Source of the DNA: Clostridia bacterium | GTDB lineage: Bacteria; Bacillota; Clostridia; TANB77; RGIG9151 | Assembly: GCA_017450465.1 (NCBI GenBank) | Contig: JAFSUW010000036.1 | Coordinates: 781-32,780 of the forward strand | DNA length: 32,000 nt | Reading direction: 5' to 3' | In this document: one piece after another, positions 1 to 11,338 of the stretch | Numbering within the stretch: position 1 is the stretch's first letter | Layout of the letters: every line of letters begins with the position of its first letter | Position numbers and translations under genes: made by a program | The notes under the pieces: generated by a model | What the model saw: the letters and a program-made list of their open reading frames with translations, nothing else | What the model was told of the DNA's origin: nothing | Database searches by the model: none

Positions 1-614
1 GTTTTTATCATAGATGCAAACTCTGCATAAGTTGTAGCATTAAATTCTTCTACTTTTATATATCCTATATTATCTTCTAAAATATCTAGCGAGCAAGAAT
101 CTACTTGCACTTGCCTTCTTTCAAGTGATACTTCATACTTTTCAGCACCACGTCCAAATGTTATTTTAACAAATGTGCCTTCTGGGCCTCTGATTACTGA
201 TGCTGCTTTAGATGTGCTCCATCCAACAACGCTTTCACCTTCTACAGCTAGAATTCTATCTTGTGGCAATACTCCAGCATTCTTTGCAGAAGAATTGTTA
301 AAAACCTGATTTACATTTATATAGCCATTTAAGCTTTCCATTTTTATTCCTATGCCTACATATGTACCACTAACAGCTTCTTCAAATTCGCTTGCTTCTT
401 CTTTATTATAATAAACTGTGTAAGGATCCAAACTGTTGAACATTCCCTTAATTGCTGCTTCCTCTAATTCTTCATCTGTTAAATCTTTATAGTATAGTTC
501 TTGAAGCATTTGCCTAAATAAATCTATAGTATGTGTATCAAACTCTGCAAATGATACACTAAACAATATGCTAATACTTAAAACGACACTTACTAACGTC
601 TTTAATCTTTTCAT
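1..614 (-). CDS. S41 family C-terminal processing peptidase (CtpA-like), N-terminal part; the C-terminus lies beyond the left window edge
   Basis: An open minus-strand frame runs off the window edge, so it is absent from the ORF track. Hand translation from the ATG at 614..612 gives MKRLKTLVSVVLSISILFSVSFAEF (signal peptide). It continues with ...TYVGIGIKM...NSSAKNAGVLPQDRILAVEGESV..., a PDZ-type segment typical of Ctp/S41 peptidases. A GAGGG SD lies about 7 nt upstream. Confidence 0.8.
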   Translation of the reverse strand, partial: MKRLKTLVSVVLSISILFSVSFAEFDTHTIDLFRQMLQELYYKDLTDEELEEAAIKGMFNSLDPYTVYYNKEEASEFEEAVSGTYVGIGIKMESLNGYINVNQVFNNSSAKNAGVLPQDRILAVEGESVVGWSTSKAASVIRGPEGTFVKITFGRGAEKYEVSLERRQVQVDSCSLDILEDNIGYIKVEEFNATTYAEFASMIK

Positions 615-632
615 TGTTGTTCCCTCTTTCTT

Positions 633-652
633 GGCCGATGTAGGCATCGGCC
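633..652 (-). repeat. GC-rich hairpin repeat, copy 1 (GGCCGATG-N4-CATCGGCC) in the recJ/S41-peptidase spacer
   Basis: A perfect 8-bp stem with a 4-nt loop in an otherwise AT-rich spacer. Nearly the same element, with the shared flank CATCGGCCAC, recurs at 14222..14241. Confidence 0.6.
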
Positions 653-676
653 ACTACTGTTTTAGTTATACTTTTA

Positions 677-2908
677 TTATTGCATATTATATTTTACATA
701 TTCTGCTTTTTCATATAAATACCTTGTAACAATTTTTTCTAATGCTAAATTTTTCTTTCTCTCTTTTTCTACAAATTCAAAATATAAATCATTGCCGATA
801 ACTTTATAATCAATATATCCTATTTGAGATAAAAATTCAACAAAAGTTAAGACAAAACTATCATCAATATTTAAGGTTTCTGCTACCTTATTTATACTTG
901 CTAGTCCGCTTTTATTAGAGATTATATATTTTATATATCCCAAAAAAACTTTTGTAAAATAATTTATTTCATAGTTTTGTGCATATGAATAATTTAATAT
1001 TACTTTACTTGCTTTTGTTTTTTCCATAATCTCTTTAAGCCGTTTATTATTCCTTGGTAGCGAATATAAAATCACTTCTTCAGATAAACCTATATTCTCC
1101 AAGTTACATGTAGGAAGATTTGGCTTAAAAGAAATTGGTCCCTCATAAAAAATTGTTGCATCCTTATATTCTCCAACAAGTTCTTCAATCGGTTTATCTT
1201 GTGCCTTTATAAAAATTGCCTTTACACTGTGGTTTTCAGCGTTACTTTCTAGGATATCATCTATCTTTAGTTTTAACTCATTTGCTCCTTTATAAGTATC
1301 TCTATAAATTGAATAAGAAATATCCATATTTTTGTTGGTATAATCTACTGGCTCTCCATTCCAAATAACTGCATTTATGTGGTCGCCATTTTTATCTTCT
1401 AAAACTAAAAAGTGATGAAAAACAGAAGTTGCTCTATCAGAAATAACATTTTGTTCAAACGAACAAAATCGTGGTGGCATAAATGCTTCTCCAAAAGGTG
1501 AAAGTTTCTCTATCGCTTCAAATGTTTCTTCATTTATATCTGATAAATTTAATTCCATATCAACATCTATGGTTTTTTCTGCTTTCTCGCCAAAGTATAT
1601 ATCTGCATAACTTTCGATATCTTTTGTAAATGCTTCTAATCTATCTTTTTTTAATGAAAGTCCTGCTGCACCCGAATGTCCACCAAATTTGATTAAGTTT
1701 TTATCATTTTTGGATAAAACGTCATAAATATTAATATCATTAGTTGAACGTGCGGACCCAACAACCGTTTCATTATCTTCAGATAAAGTAAGTATTATTG
1801 TTGGCTTATCATACTGTTCGCAAATCTTTCCTGCAACAATCCCTAGTATCCCATGATGCCACGAGTCACCATATATAACTAATATCTTTTTATTTTTCTT
1901 TACGTTTTCTACAATATCAGTTGCTTTTTCAACAATTTCTTTTTGAATATTTTTTCTATCAACATTAAAACTATCTATTTCCTTTGCTATTTCTAGTGCT
2001 TCATCTAAACTATCAGACAAAAACATTTCAACAGGAATTCTTGCACTATCCATTCTTCCCGCCGCATTTATTCTAGGAGTTATTTGAAACCCAATATCAT
2101 CTTCCGTTAAGTTTTCTATGCCGGCAATCTTAAGTAGTGCCTTAACTCCAACACGTTCTGGATTTTGAAGTAATGGAAAGCCCTGTTTAAAAAGATACCT
2201 AGACTCATTTATAAGTGGCATTACATCGGCTATTGTTGATAGTGCTACTAAATCTAAATAATCATCTGCACCATCTTTACCTAATTTTTCATATAATACT
2301 TTTACCAAATAATATGCTGTTGCACATCCTGATACAGCACGTGCTTTATGCCCTTCTGGTAAAAGCTGCAAGTTTATAACTACATCTGCATTTGGAATAC
2401 TTTCACCTACTGTGTGGTGATCCGTTAAAACTACAGTCATACCAAAACTTTTCGCTAAATCAATTTCATCAAAATTAGCAATACCGCAGTCGCATGTAAT
2501 TATGATATCTACATTTTCTTCATGCAGTTTTTTTACAACATCTATGTTCATACCATATCCTTCAGAAAATCTATCTGGCACATGATATAAAACATTTGCA
2601 TCTAACTTACGAAGTGCATCAACTAGTATTGTAGTCGCAGTAACACCATCAGTATCATAGTCGCCATAAACCGCAATTTTTTTATGCTCGTTTATACCCT
2701 CAATAATTATACCTACTGCCTTATCAATATCCGGAATATCATTTGGATTAAATGGTGAATAAGTAGAAATGTCTAGTATATTCATTGCTTCTTCATACGT
2801 TGTAATACCACGATTAAAAAGCATGCGAGCCAAAAACTCGTTACCATCACATGCTTTTAACACTTCTTTAGGGATTTTTTTGTTTCTATTTATTATATTA
2901 AATCTCAT
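677..2908 (-). CDS. recJ: single-stranded-DNA-specific exonuclease RecJ
   Basis: 743-aa ORF with DHH-family motifs (VYGDYDTDGVTAT, ITCDCG, LTDHHT) and the DHHA1 motif GGHSGAAG. GAGGA SD 7 nt upstream of the ATG. Confidence 0.93.
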   Translation of the reverse strand: MRFNIINRNKKIPKEVLKACDGNEFLARMLFNRGITTYEEAMNILDISTYSPFNPNDIPDIDKAVGIIIEGINEHKKIAVYGDYDTDGVTATTILVDALRKLDANVLYHVPDRFSEGYGMNIDVVKKLHEENVDIIITCDCGIANFDEIDLAKSFGMTVVLTDHHTVGESIPNADVVINLQLLPEGHKARAVSGCATAYYLVKVLYEKLGKDGADDYLDLVALSTIADVMPLINESRYLFKQGFPLLQNPERVGVKALLKIAGIENLTEDDIGFQITPRINAAGRMDSARIPVEMFLSDSLDEALEIAKEIDSFNVDRKNIQKEIVEKATDIVENVKKNKKILVIYGDSWHHGILGIVAGKICEQYDKPTIILTLSEDNETVVGSARSTNDINIYDVLSKNDKNLIKFGGHSGAAGLSLKKDRLEAFTKDIESYADIYFGEKAEKTIDVDMELNLSDINEETFEAIEKLSPFGEAFMPPRFCSFEQNVISDRATSVFHHFLVLEDKNGDHINAVIWNGEPVDYTNKNMDISYSIYRDTYKGANELKLKIDDILESNAENHSVKAIFIKAQDKPIEELVGEYKDATIFYEGPISFKPNLPTCNLENIGLSEEVILYSLPRNNKRLKEIMEKTKASKVILNYSYAQNYEINYFTKVFLGYIKYIISNKSGLASINKVAETLNIDDSFVLTFVEFLSQIGYIDYKVIGNDLYFEFVEKERKKNLALEKIVTRYLYEKAEYVKYNMQ

Positions 2909-2938
2909 TTGTTTTTCCTCACTAATTTTTGAATAAAT

Positions 2939-3460
2939 TTAACTAAGCACTATTTCCTTTACCAACCTACCCTCTAATGTTTTTAATGAAATCTTTTCTT
3001 TATCTATTACTATGTAACACCTAAGGTCTGTTCCTCGTGGTCTACCAAGTGAGCCAGGGTTTCCAAGTATTTTCCCATTTACCTCTTGTAGCATTGGTAT
3101 ATGCGTATGTCCTTGCAAAAATATCTCTCCACAATTTTCTGGCAAATTTATTGTGCTATAGTAATGACCGTGTGTTACTGTTGCTATTTTACCATTTACA
3201 AATAAATTATCTAAATCAAACGTTTCAAAGTTTAACATTTCAATAAAATCCCAACTATCACAATTGCCACGTATCACTTCAACTTTAGGATTTAATTTAT
3301 TCAGTTCTTCACTTATTAACTCATTAGAATTTCTACTCGTACTTGAAGCTGTATCCCCAAGTAGCACCAAATAATCTGCTTTTTCATTATTAAATGAAAC
3401 TAATGCTTCATTAAATCTATCTACATCACCATGAATGTCAGATATAAACATATATTTCAT
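2939..3460 (-). CDS. YfcE/MJ0936-family metallophosphoesterase
   Basis: 173 aa with calcineurin-like phosphoesterase motifs: FISDIHGD, LLGD, GNCD, THGH, GHTH. Confidence 0.8.
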   Translation of the reverse strand: MKYMFISDIHGDVDRFNEALVSFNNEKADYLVLLGDTASSTSRNSNELISEELNKLNPKVEVIRGNCDSWDFIEMLNFETFDLDNLFVNGKIATVTHGHYYSTINLPENCGEIFLQGHTHIPMLQEVNGKILGNPGSLGRPRGTDLRCYIVIDKEKISLKTLEGRLVKEIVLS

Positions 3461-3477
3461 TGTAATTCGCCTCTACA

Positions 3478-4359
3478 TTATTCAACAGTTATTAATTCAT
3501 ATTCGCGAGTTCCAAAGCCCAAATCAGCAGCTGCTTCTATTGTATGAACACCATGACGTGAATTTACTCTTTCTAAGAAGTGTTCTTTACCTGGATCATT
3601 TGATGCATTTACTAAATCTATACATGCCTGATCTATTGCAACAGGGTCAAGACTTGCAAGTATTCCGATATCTTTCATACAAGGGTCTTCTGCAACCGCA
3701 CAACAATCACAGTCAACACTCATATTACACATTATATTTATAAATGCCATATTACCATTAAAATGTTTTACAACCGATGACGCAGCATCTGCCATTGATT
3801 CTAAAAATAAGTCCTGTTTAGGTAAATCATTCCACAAATTGTATTGGTCCGTTGTTCTACCAGCTGAATGTATATAACTTTTTCCAGCTGTTGATGCACA
3901 ACCAATAGAAAGTTGTTTTAAAGCTCCTCCAAAGCCACCCATAGGATGCCCCTTAAAGTGTGATAAAACAAGCATTGAATCATATTTCTCAATATTCTTT
4001 CCAAAATAATTTTTCTTAATAACTTTTCCATTTGGAATTTCTACTTCAATATCTTCTTTTTCATCCATAATATCTACATCAAAATATTTTGACCAACCAT
4101 GATTTTCTATCAATTTCTTGTGTTTTTCAGTTGTATTACGTTCTCCTCCATATGCTGTATTACATTCAACTATAGTTCCATTTACATGCTTAACCATTGG
4201 TATCATAAAATCCGGGCGAAGATAATTTTGATTACCTTCTTCACCTGAATGTACCTTTACCGCTACTTTGCCTGGCAATTTTTTATTTAAAACCTCATAC
4301 ATTTTTACTACATTTTCTGGAGTAATTTCTTTACAAAAATACACTTTTGCTTTTTCCAT
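3478..4359 (-). CDS. DUF362 domain protein (Cys-rich, probable Fe-S/metal binding)
   Basis: 293-aa ORF with a strong GAGGAGG SD. The Cys cluster VDCDCCAVAEDPC and the overall composition recall DUF362 proteins. The family call is from memory, not a search. Confidence 0.6.
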   Translation of the reverse strand: MEKAKVYFCKEITPENVVKMYEVLNKKLPGKVAVKVHSGEEGNQNYLRPDFMIPMVKHVNGTIVECNTAYGGERNTTEKHKKLIENHGWSKYFDVDIMDEKEDIEVEIPNGKVIKKNYFGKNIEKYDSMLVLSHFKGHPMGGFGGALKQLSIGCASTAGKSYIHSAGRTTDQYNLWNDLPKQDLFLESMADAASSVVKHFNGNMAFINIMCNMSVDCDCCAVAEDPCMKDIGILASLDPVAIDQACIDLVNASNDPGKEHFLERVNSRHGVHTIEAAADLGFGTREYELITVE

Positions 4360-4440
4360 AATAATACCTCCTCATCATTTGTATTTTTAATATATCATAA
4401 TTTATTTTTTTATACTATATTTTTTTTAACAATTTGTTGT

Positions 4441-4465
4441 AAAAAAAGGAGCACTCTAGTGCTCC
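4441..4465 (-). terminator. intrinsic terminator of the Zn-ribbon/HExxH two-gene operon
   Basis: Minus-strand RNA GGAGCAC-UAGA-GUGCUCC followed by UUUUUUU. The stem overlaps the stop codon of the 602-aa ORF. Confidence 0.75.
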
Positions 4466-6264
4466 GCTACATTACTTTCTCTACTTTTTCTACTATGACA
4501 TGCTACATTATATTTTTCTATTACACTTTTTATTGTATCACTTGTTTTTATCTTAAGCTCCTCTGGAATCTTATCCAATTTGTATAAACCAATAACTTTA
4601 TCATCAATACATACATCATCGGCAACCAAGCCAACCGCATAAGAATCATATATATCTATTGGTGGTGGTTCCTCAAGATAGTACTTAAAATACGACTTTT
4701 TTAATATATAAAATTCATCTTTTAGTTTAGTGTCATCTAAACTTATTAAAAAGTTTTTTACATTTTTAGGAGCTTTAACTTTTTTAAGTAACAATTCTAT
4801 AACCCTATTAAAATCTTCTACCTGGGTTTGCAAGCATTCAAATCCTGAACTAAAAACATTAGTAATATAAAGTTTTTTTCTATTTTTCAAATCTTGTTTT
4901 GCTGTACCATTTATTACACTCTGTTTAAACTTCTTCCCTGGTTCAGAAAAAATAAGAGAAAATAAATCTTCTTTTAATTTTATAAAACTTTCTAATGTCA
5001 TTTCATTTGAAAATCCGTTTATCTCTTTTTGAATATCTTGTATTTTTAACTTTAATTTCATTAATTCACTTTCTGAATCTTTTAAAGCTTCATCACATTT
5101 ACCTTCGCACCTATTAATTAATGTATAATTTTTATCCTCATTTTTATAGTATTCTTCTTGTATCATCGAGGACGCAGAATAAAAACTATATAACTCGGGC
5201 ATTAAATGTATAAAAGGGAATGAATTACCCGAAATCCAAATTTCTAACACTTTTTTTGATAATCCATTTCTTTCAAACAATAAAAACAATTCATAAAATC
5301 TAGAAGAAACTGAAAAATATGACCATTCACTTTTATTTGGTACAAAAGGTTTATTATAATACATATTTGAAACATACGAATCTCGGTCATCAAACGATAA
5401 TTCATTTTTATCATATGCAAAAACATCTTCATAACTCTTAAAAAATGCCCACTGAGATAATAACTCTACAACACCTTCAGAATTAATCCCAAGTGAATGT
5501 AACATTTCATGCATCAAAATTTGAATCCTATTTCTTGATGAAGTAGGGTTTACTCTTATCAAATTCGATAAATGTTGATATACTCCTGCAGTCGTATTGG
5601 GTAATCTTTTATCTTCTTTATACCTACACTTAATTAATTTTAGCACTTGCTCTTTTTTTAAGTTATAAACTTTTGTTAAAATCTTTATTGAAATTTTTGC
5701 GTCTTCTTGTAATTCTTCTTGACAATTGGGAAGTTTTTCATCATCTTTATTATTATAAATCTCCCAAAAAATATGCATATCTTTATACTTTTCTACAATT
5801 CCATTAATTCTATCTTGCCAATCTAATATATCAAATTTTTCAGTTGCTCTTTTTACACCAAACATCGCCATGTATTCTACAAAAGAGTCTAAATTTATTT
5901 CCTTGCCTAACATTGCTATAAATTTTAGGTGCCTATCTATGCACTTATAAAATGCCTCTATCAAATTATAATCTGTTTTATCTTCCAAACTTTTTGGCGG
6001 ATCTTGTGTTAATTTTATGAGTTCAGGAATATAATCTTTTTCGCCTATAGCATGAAGTGCTTGCATTAAAATATCTGACATAAGCGGTTCTTCTAAAGTA
6101 TTGTTTAACCTCATTGTAGCCGCCATGCCATTATCTGATATTTCACTATATGTATTTATTAAATTTTTAAAATAGCCACTTTCAAGAATAGTCGAAATTT
6201 GTTCTTCTGAAAGTGGCATTTGTGTTTTTAATAATTCTAAAGTTTCAGTAATCCTATAATACAT
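4456..6264 (-). CDS. hypothetical 602-aa cytoplasmic protein with one HExxH zincin-like motif (ILMHEMLHSLG) and a central coiled-coil-like segment
   Basis: Long ORF with an AAGGAG SD 5 nt upstream; that SD overlaps the stop codon of the upstream gene. No signal peptide or TM segment is visible. HEMLH is the only recognisable catalytic-type motif. I recognise no family. Confidence 0.55.
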   Translation of the reverse strand: MYYRITETLELLKTQMPLSEEQISTILESGYFKNLINTYSEISDNGMAATMRLNNTLEEPLMSDILMQALHAIGEKDYIPELIKLTQDPPKSLEDKTDYNLIEAFYKCIDRHLKFIAMLGKEINLDSFVEYMAMFGVKRATEKFDILDWQDRINGIVEKYKDMHIFWEIYNNKDDEKLPNCQEELQEDAKISIKILTKVYNLKKEQVLKLIKCRYKEDKRLPNTTAGVYQHLSNLIRVNPTSSRNRIQILMHEMLHSLGINSEGVVELLSQWAFFKSYEDVFAYDKNELSFDDRDSYVSNMYYNKPFVPNKSEWSYFSVSSRFYELFLLFERNGLSKKVLEIWISGNSFPFIHLMPELYSFYSASSMIQEEYYKNEDKNYTLINRCEGKCDEALKDSESELMKLKLKIQDIQKEINGFSNEMTLESFIKLKEDLFSLIFSEPGKKFKQSVINGTAKQDLKNRKKLYITNVFSSGFECLQTQVEDFNRVIELLLKKVKAPKNVKNFLISLDDTKLKDEFYILKKSYFKYYLEEPPPIDIYDSYAVGLVADDVCIDDKVIGLYKLDKIPEELKIKTSDTIKSVIEKYNVACHSRKSRESNVAEH

Positions 6265-6273
6265 ATTTACTCC

Positions 6274-6660
6274 TTACAATAGAAAAGAACTAATAAATAG
6301 TAGACCTGCCATCATTGCCATGCTTTTGCTAATTTTCTTCTTAGCGCTAAGCAAGTTTATTAAAAATATACTAGCTACTATTAAACCCACTACAAGTAAG
6401 AAATAATGCATTGTAAATAAGAATAAATCAAGTGGTTCCATTGTACTTGTGAGTAAACATATAACTACATAAGTAAGTAAAAGTGGTACCAAAAATAGAT
6501 TTGTTACTAAAAATGGTACTATTACAACTGATTTTAATAAAGAAAAATCAAGAATTTCTTCATACTCATATTCCTCTTCTTGCGATATTTTTTCACCGCA
6601 AACAGGACAATACTTAAAAGCCTTATCGTATATTGTTACATGGCACTTGCTACATTTCAT
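6274..6660 (-). CDS. zinc-ribbon membrane protein (N-terminal CxxC...CxxC ribbon, acidic linker, about 3 TM helices)
   Basis: 128 aa. MKCSKCHVTIYDKAFKYCPVCGEKI provides the four Cys residues. This is followed by QEEEYEYEE and then hydrophobic helices. Only 9 nt separate it from the next ORF. Confidence 0.6.
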   Translation of the reverse strand: MKCSKCHVTIYDKAFKYCPVCGEKISQEEEYEYEEILDFSLLKSVVIVPFLVTNLFLVPLLLTYVVICLLTSTMEPLDLFLFTMHYFLLVVGLIVASIFLINLLSAKKKISKSMAMMAGLLFISSFLL

Positions 6661-6727
6661 GCTACAAACCTACTTTCATCAACTTTTAAAAATTTTGCTT
6701 CTTTTGTATTGTGAACGAATAGAGTAT

Positions 6728-6756
6728 ATTATATCACATAATTTTGATTTTGTGTA
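6728..6756 (-). promoter_or_regulatory. putative extended -10 promoter of the Zn-ribbon/HExxH operon
   Basis: The minus strand reads TACACA-N17-TGATATAAT (TGn-TATAAT). It sits between the dnaJ terminator and the Zn-ribbon ORF. Confidence 0.4.
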
Positions 6757-6785
6757 GTATTATTATGTAAATTTTACTTTTTGGA

Positions 6786-6815
6786 TAAAAAATATGCGAA
6801 TGTTTTTCGCATATT
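6786..6815 (-). terminator. intrinsic terminator after dnaJ
   Basis: Minus-strand RNA AAUAUGCGAA-loop-UUCGCAUAUU followed by UUUUUU, 4 nt after the dnaJ stop. Confidence 0.8.
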
Positions 6816-6818
6816 TTC

Positions 6819-7976
6819 TTATTTGAATATCTCTTTCATCGCATCAAAAAACGATTTACGATTATCATATACGTCATCTGTACAACTTGCTGCAAATTTA
6901 CTAAGTAACTCTTTTTGTTCACGATTTAACCGCTTTGGTACTTCTACTTTTACTGTAAAGTACAAATCACCAACACCATAACCATTTACATTCTTTATTC
7001 CTTGACCTTTTAACCTAAACTTCGTACCGGTCTGTGTACCTTCAGGAAGTGTAAATCTTACTTTTTTATTAAGTGTTGGAACTTCTATTTCAGCGCCAAG
7101 CGCTGCCTGTGCAAATGTTATTGGAATATCGCACATAAGATTATCTTGTTCACGCTTAAATATTTTGTGTGGTTTTACTAAGATTATTACATATAAATCT
7201 CCATTTGGTGCACCCTTTTCTCCTGTTTGTCCTTGACCACGAAGAGAAATAGTCTGACCATTATCTATTCCAGCTGGTATATCTATTTTTACTTTTACCT
7301 TTTTCTTTACAAAACCCGTTCCTTTACATGTATCACATGGTGTTTCTATTATTTTGCCCTCACCATGACATTCTTCACAAGGTCTACTTGTAGCAATTCT
7401 TCCTAATATAGTATTTTGGAAGCTTTGAACTTGGCCACTTCCGCCACACTTTGTACAAGTTTTAGTATTTGTTCCTGGTTTTGCACCTGTTCCATTACAT
7501 GTACCGCATTTCTCACGTCTATTTAATTCTATAGTTTTCGAAACTCCAAATGCTGCTTCTTCAAAAGTAATCTCCATCTGTATCTTTATGTTTTCACCTT
7601 TTCGGTGACCATTCGATGATGTACGTCTACCGCCCATACCGCCATCAAAAAATGCTTCAAATATATCATTTATTCCGCCAAAGCCACCAAAATCAAATCC
7701 CGCAGCATTAAATCCTTCAGCGCCACCACTAAAACCATTAAATCCATTAAAACCTCCTGGTTCTGCGGTACCAAATTGATCATAATTTGCTCTTTTCTTT
7801 GGATCACTTAATATCTCATATGCTTCATTTACTTCTTTAAACTTTGCTTCTGCTTCCTTATTTCCAGGGTTTAAGTCTGGGTGATATTTTTTCGCAAGTT
7901 GTCTATATGCTTTTTTTATGTCATCATCTGTAGCAGATTTAGTGAGTCCTAAAACTTCATAGAGGTCTTTTGCCAT
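6819..7976 (-). CDS. dnaJ: molecular chaperone DnaJ (type I: J domain, G/F region, four CxxCxGxG repeats)
   Basis: [17 protein letters not shown] motif, a Gly/Phe-rich linker, and the repeats [24 protein letters not shown] and CDTCKGTG. Confidence 0.97.
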   Translation of the reverse strand: MAKDLYEVLGLTKSATDDDIKKAYRQLAKKYHPDLNPGNKEAEAKFKEVNEAYEILSDPKKRANYDQFGTAEPGGFNGFNGFSGGAEGFNAAGFDFGGFGGINDIFEAFFDGGMGGRRTSSNGHRKGENIKIQMEITFEEAAFGVSKTIELNRREKCGTCNGTGAKPGTNTKTCTKCGGSGQVQSFQNTILGRIATSRPCEECHGEGKIIETPCDTCKGTGFVKKKVKVKIDIPAGIDNGQTISLRGQGQTGEKGAPNGDLYVIILVKPHKIFKREQDNLMCDIPITFAQAALGAEIEVPTLNKKVRFTLPEGTQTGTKFRLKGQGIKNVNGYGVGDLYFTVKVEVPKRLNREQKELLSKFAASCTDDVYDNRKSFFDAMKEIFK

Positions 7977-8004
7977 ATTTCCTCACTCCTAAATTTTCTT
8001 TACT

Positions 8005-8031
8005 TGAAAACGGGCGAACCATAGTTCGCCC
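8005..8031 (-). terminator. hairpin/partial terminator in the dnaK-dnaJ spacer
   Basis: Minus-strand RNA GGGCGAAC-UAUG-GUUCGCCC followed by GUUUUC. The short U-tract suggests attenuation rather than full termination. Confidence 0.5.
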
Positions 8032-8062
8032 CTACAATGTTTTCAAGATATTTGTAACAAAA

Positions 8063-9919
<1,857 letters not shown>

Positions 9920-9937
9920 TTATTCCCCCTCTTAATT

Positions 9938-10450
9938 TTAGTTGGCTACTTTAACCATACTATGTCTAATTATTCTATCTTTTAATCTATACCCCTTACG
10001 GAGTTCTTCAACAATAATGCCTTCTCCAACTGAATCGTCATCGACATGCATTACTGCATCATGCAACGCTGGGTCAAATTTTTCGCCAACTGTCTTTATC
10101 TCTTCCGCACCAAGTTTTATAAGTACGTCATTAAATTGACGATGTATCATATTTATACCATCACGCCATGCCTTTGAAACTTCATCATCTCCTTTAGTAT
10201 TAATACTCTTTTCTAAATTATCCATTACAGGCAAAAATTCTCCTATTATTTCTGAAGATATTAAAGAATAAAGTGATTCTTTATCCTTTGCTGTCCTCTT
10301 TCTATAATTATCAAAATCGGCCATAACACGTTGAAGCTGTGCATAATATTCTTCTGCTTCTGGATTTGATTCTGTATTTGCCTCAGTAGGTTGTATAGGA
10401 GCTTCACCTATGTTTTCGGCTTCATTTACATTATTGTTGGTTTCTTCCAT
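9938..10450 (-). CDS. grpE: nucleotide exchange factor GrpE
   Basis: 170 aa with DNYRKR and FDPALHDAVMHV motifs. It lies between hrcA and dnaK. Confidence 0.95.
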   Translation of the reverse strand: MEETNNNVNEAENIGEAPIQPTEANTESNPEAEEYYAQLQRVMADFDNYRKRTAKDKESLYSLISSEIIGEFLPVMDNLEKSINTKGDDEVSKAWRDGINMIHRQFNDVLIKLGAEEIKTVGEKFDPALHDAVMHVDDDSVGEGIIVEELRKGYRLKDRIIRHSMVKVAN

Positions 10451-10464
10451 TATTATACCTCCCC

Positions 10465-11160
10465 TTAATTTTTCTTTTCACGTTCTTCTAATTCTAGCAA
10501 ATAGTTTATATAACTCATAACTTTGCTATAATCCATTCTTTTTGGACCAATTACTGCAATTTTGCCTTGATCCTGATATCCAAAAGTTATTATACTATAA
10601 TCTTTTACTTCGTCAAATAAATTTTCATCGCCTATCTTAATGGTTACTCCATTATCAAGATAGCTGTCTAGTATTTCTTTTATTAAATCTTCTTCTTCTA
10701 AAAGATACATAAATCTTTTTAGCTTTTCGATATCTCTAAATTCAGGATAATCAAAAACATTATTTCTGCCATATAAATATATATTATCTTCGTCAGCAGA
10801 AATTGCCGTATAGTGAGTTAAATATGATAAAATCTTTGAAACACTATCAATTGGATGTGCTTTATTTCTTATTTCTTCAACACTATTTTCAAATGCTTCA
10901 TCAACATTATCATTATAATTCATTATACTATCCACATAGTACCTATAACCTAAATCTGAAGGAACTCTACCAGAAGATGTATGTGTTTTCTCAATTAAAC
11001 CAAGTTCCTCTAACGCGGCCATTTCATTACGAATTGTGGCTGAACTTAAGTCAAGTTCATACCGTTCAACGATTATTTTCGAGGCAATAGGTTCTGCGAA
11101 TCTAACGTAGTCTTCAATTATCGCTTGTAAAATACGTTTTTTCCTATCATCAAGAAACAT
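10465..11160 (-). CDS. hrcA: heat-inducible transcription repressor HrcA, unusually short form (about 231 aa)
   Basis: The N-terminal winged helix matches HrcA: SATIRNEMAALEELGLIEKTHTSSGRVPSDLGYRYYVD. The C-terminal IAVIGPKRMDYSKVMS motif also matches. The start is set at the second ATG (11160) because the GAGGA SD is only 1 nt from the first ATG (11166). A CIRCE operator lies upstream. Confidence 0.85.
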   Translation of the reverse strand: MFLDDRKKRILQAIIEDYVRFAEPIASKIIVERYELDLSSATIRNEMAALEELGLIEKTHTSSGRVPSDLGYRYYVDSIMNYNDNVDEAFENSVEEIRNKAHPIDSVSKILSYLTHYTAISADEDNIYLYGRNNVFDYPEFRDIEKLKRFMYLLEEEDLIKEILDSYLDNGVTIKIGDENLFDEVKDYSIITFGYQDQGKIAVIGPKRMDYSKVMSYINYLLELEEREKKN

Positions 11161-11180
11161 ATTCATTCCTCTTCCCTAAA

Positions 11181-11207
11181 TTAGCACTCTTTTTAATCGA
11201 CTGCTAA
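11181..11207. promoter_or_regulatory. CIRCE operator (HrcA binding site)
   Basis: TTAGCACTC-N9-GACTGCTAA has one mismatch to the consensus inverted repeat TTAGCACTC-N9-GAGTGCTAA. It lies between the putative promoter and the hrcA start. Confidence 0.9.
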
Positions 11208-11218
11208 TTTCAATTAAA

Positions 11219-11247
11219 AAAATATCACTAATACATATTAATGTCAA
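11219..11247 (-). promoter_or_regulatory. putative sigma-A-type promoter of the hrcA-grpE-dnaK-dnaJ operon
   Basis: The minus strand reads TTGACA-N17-TATTTT with a TGA extension immediately before the -10. It sits directly upstream of CIRCE. Confidence 0.55.
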
Positions 11248-11338
11248 TAGATTTTAGTAATATTTTAAAAAAAATTATAATTATATAAATTGTTGTTTGT
11301 AAAAGAAAATGTTACAATACAAAAGTAGGAGGAAACAT

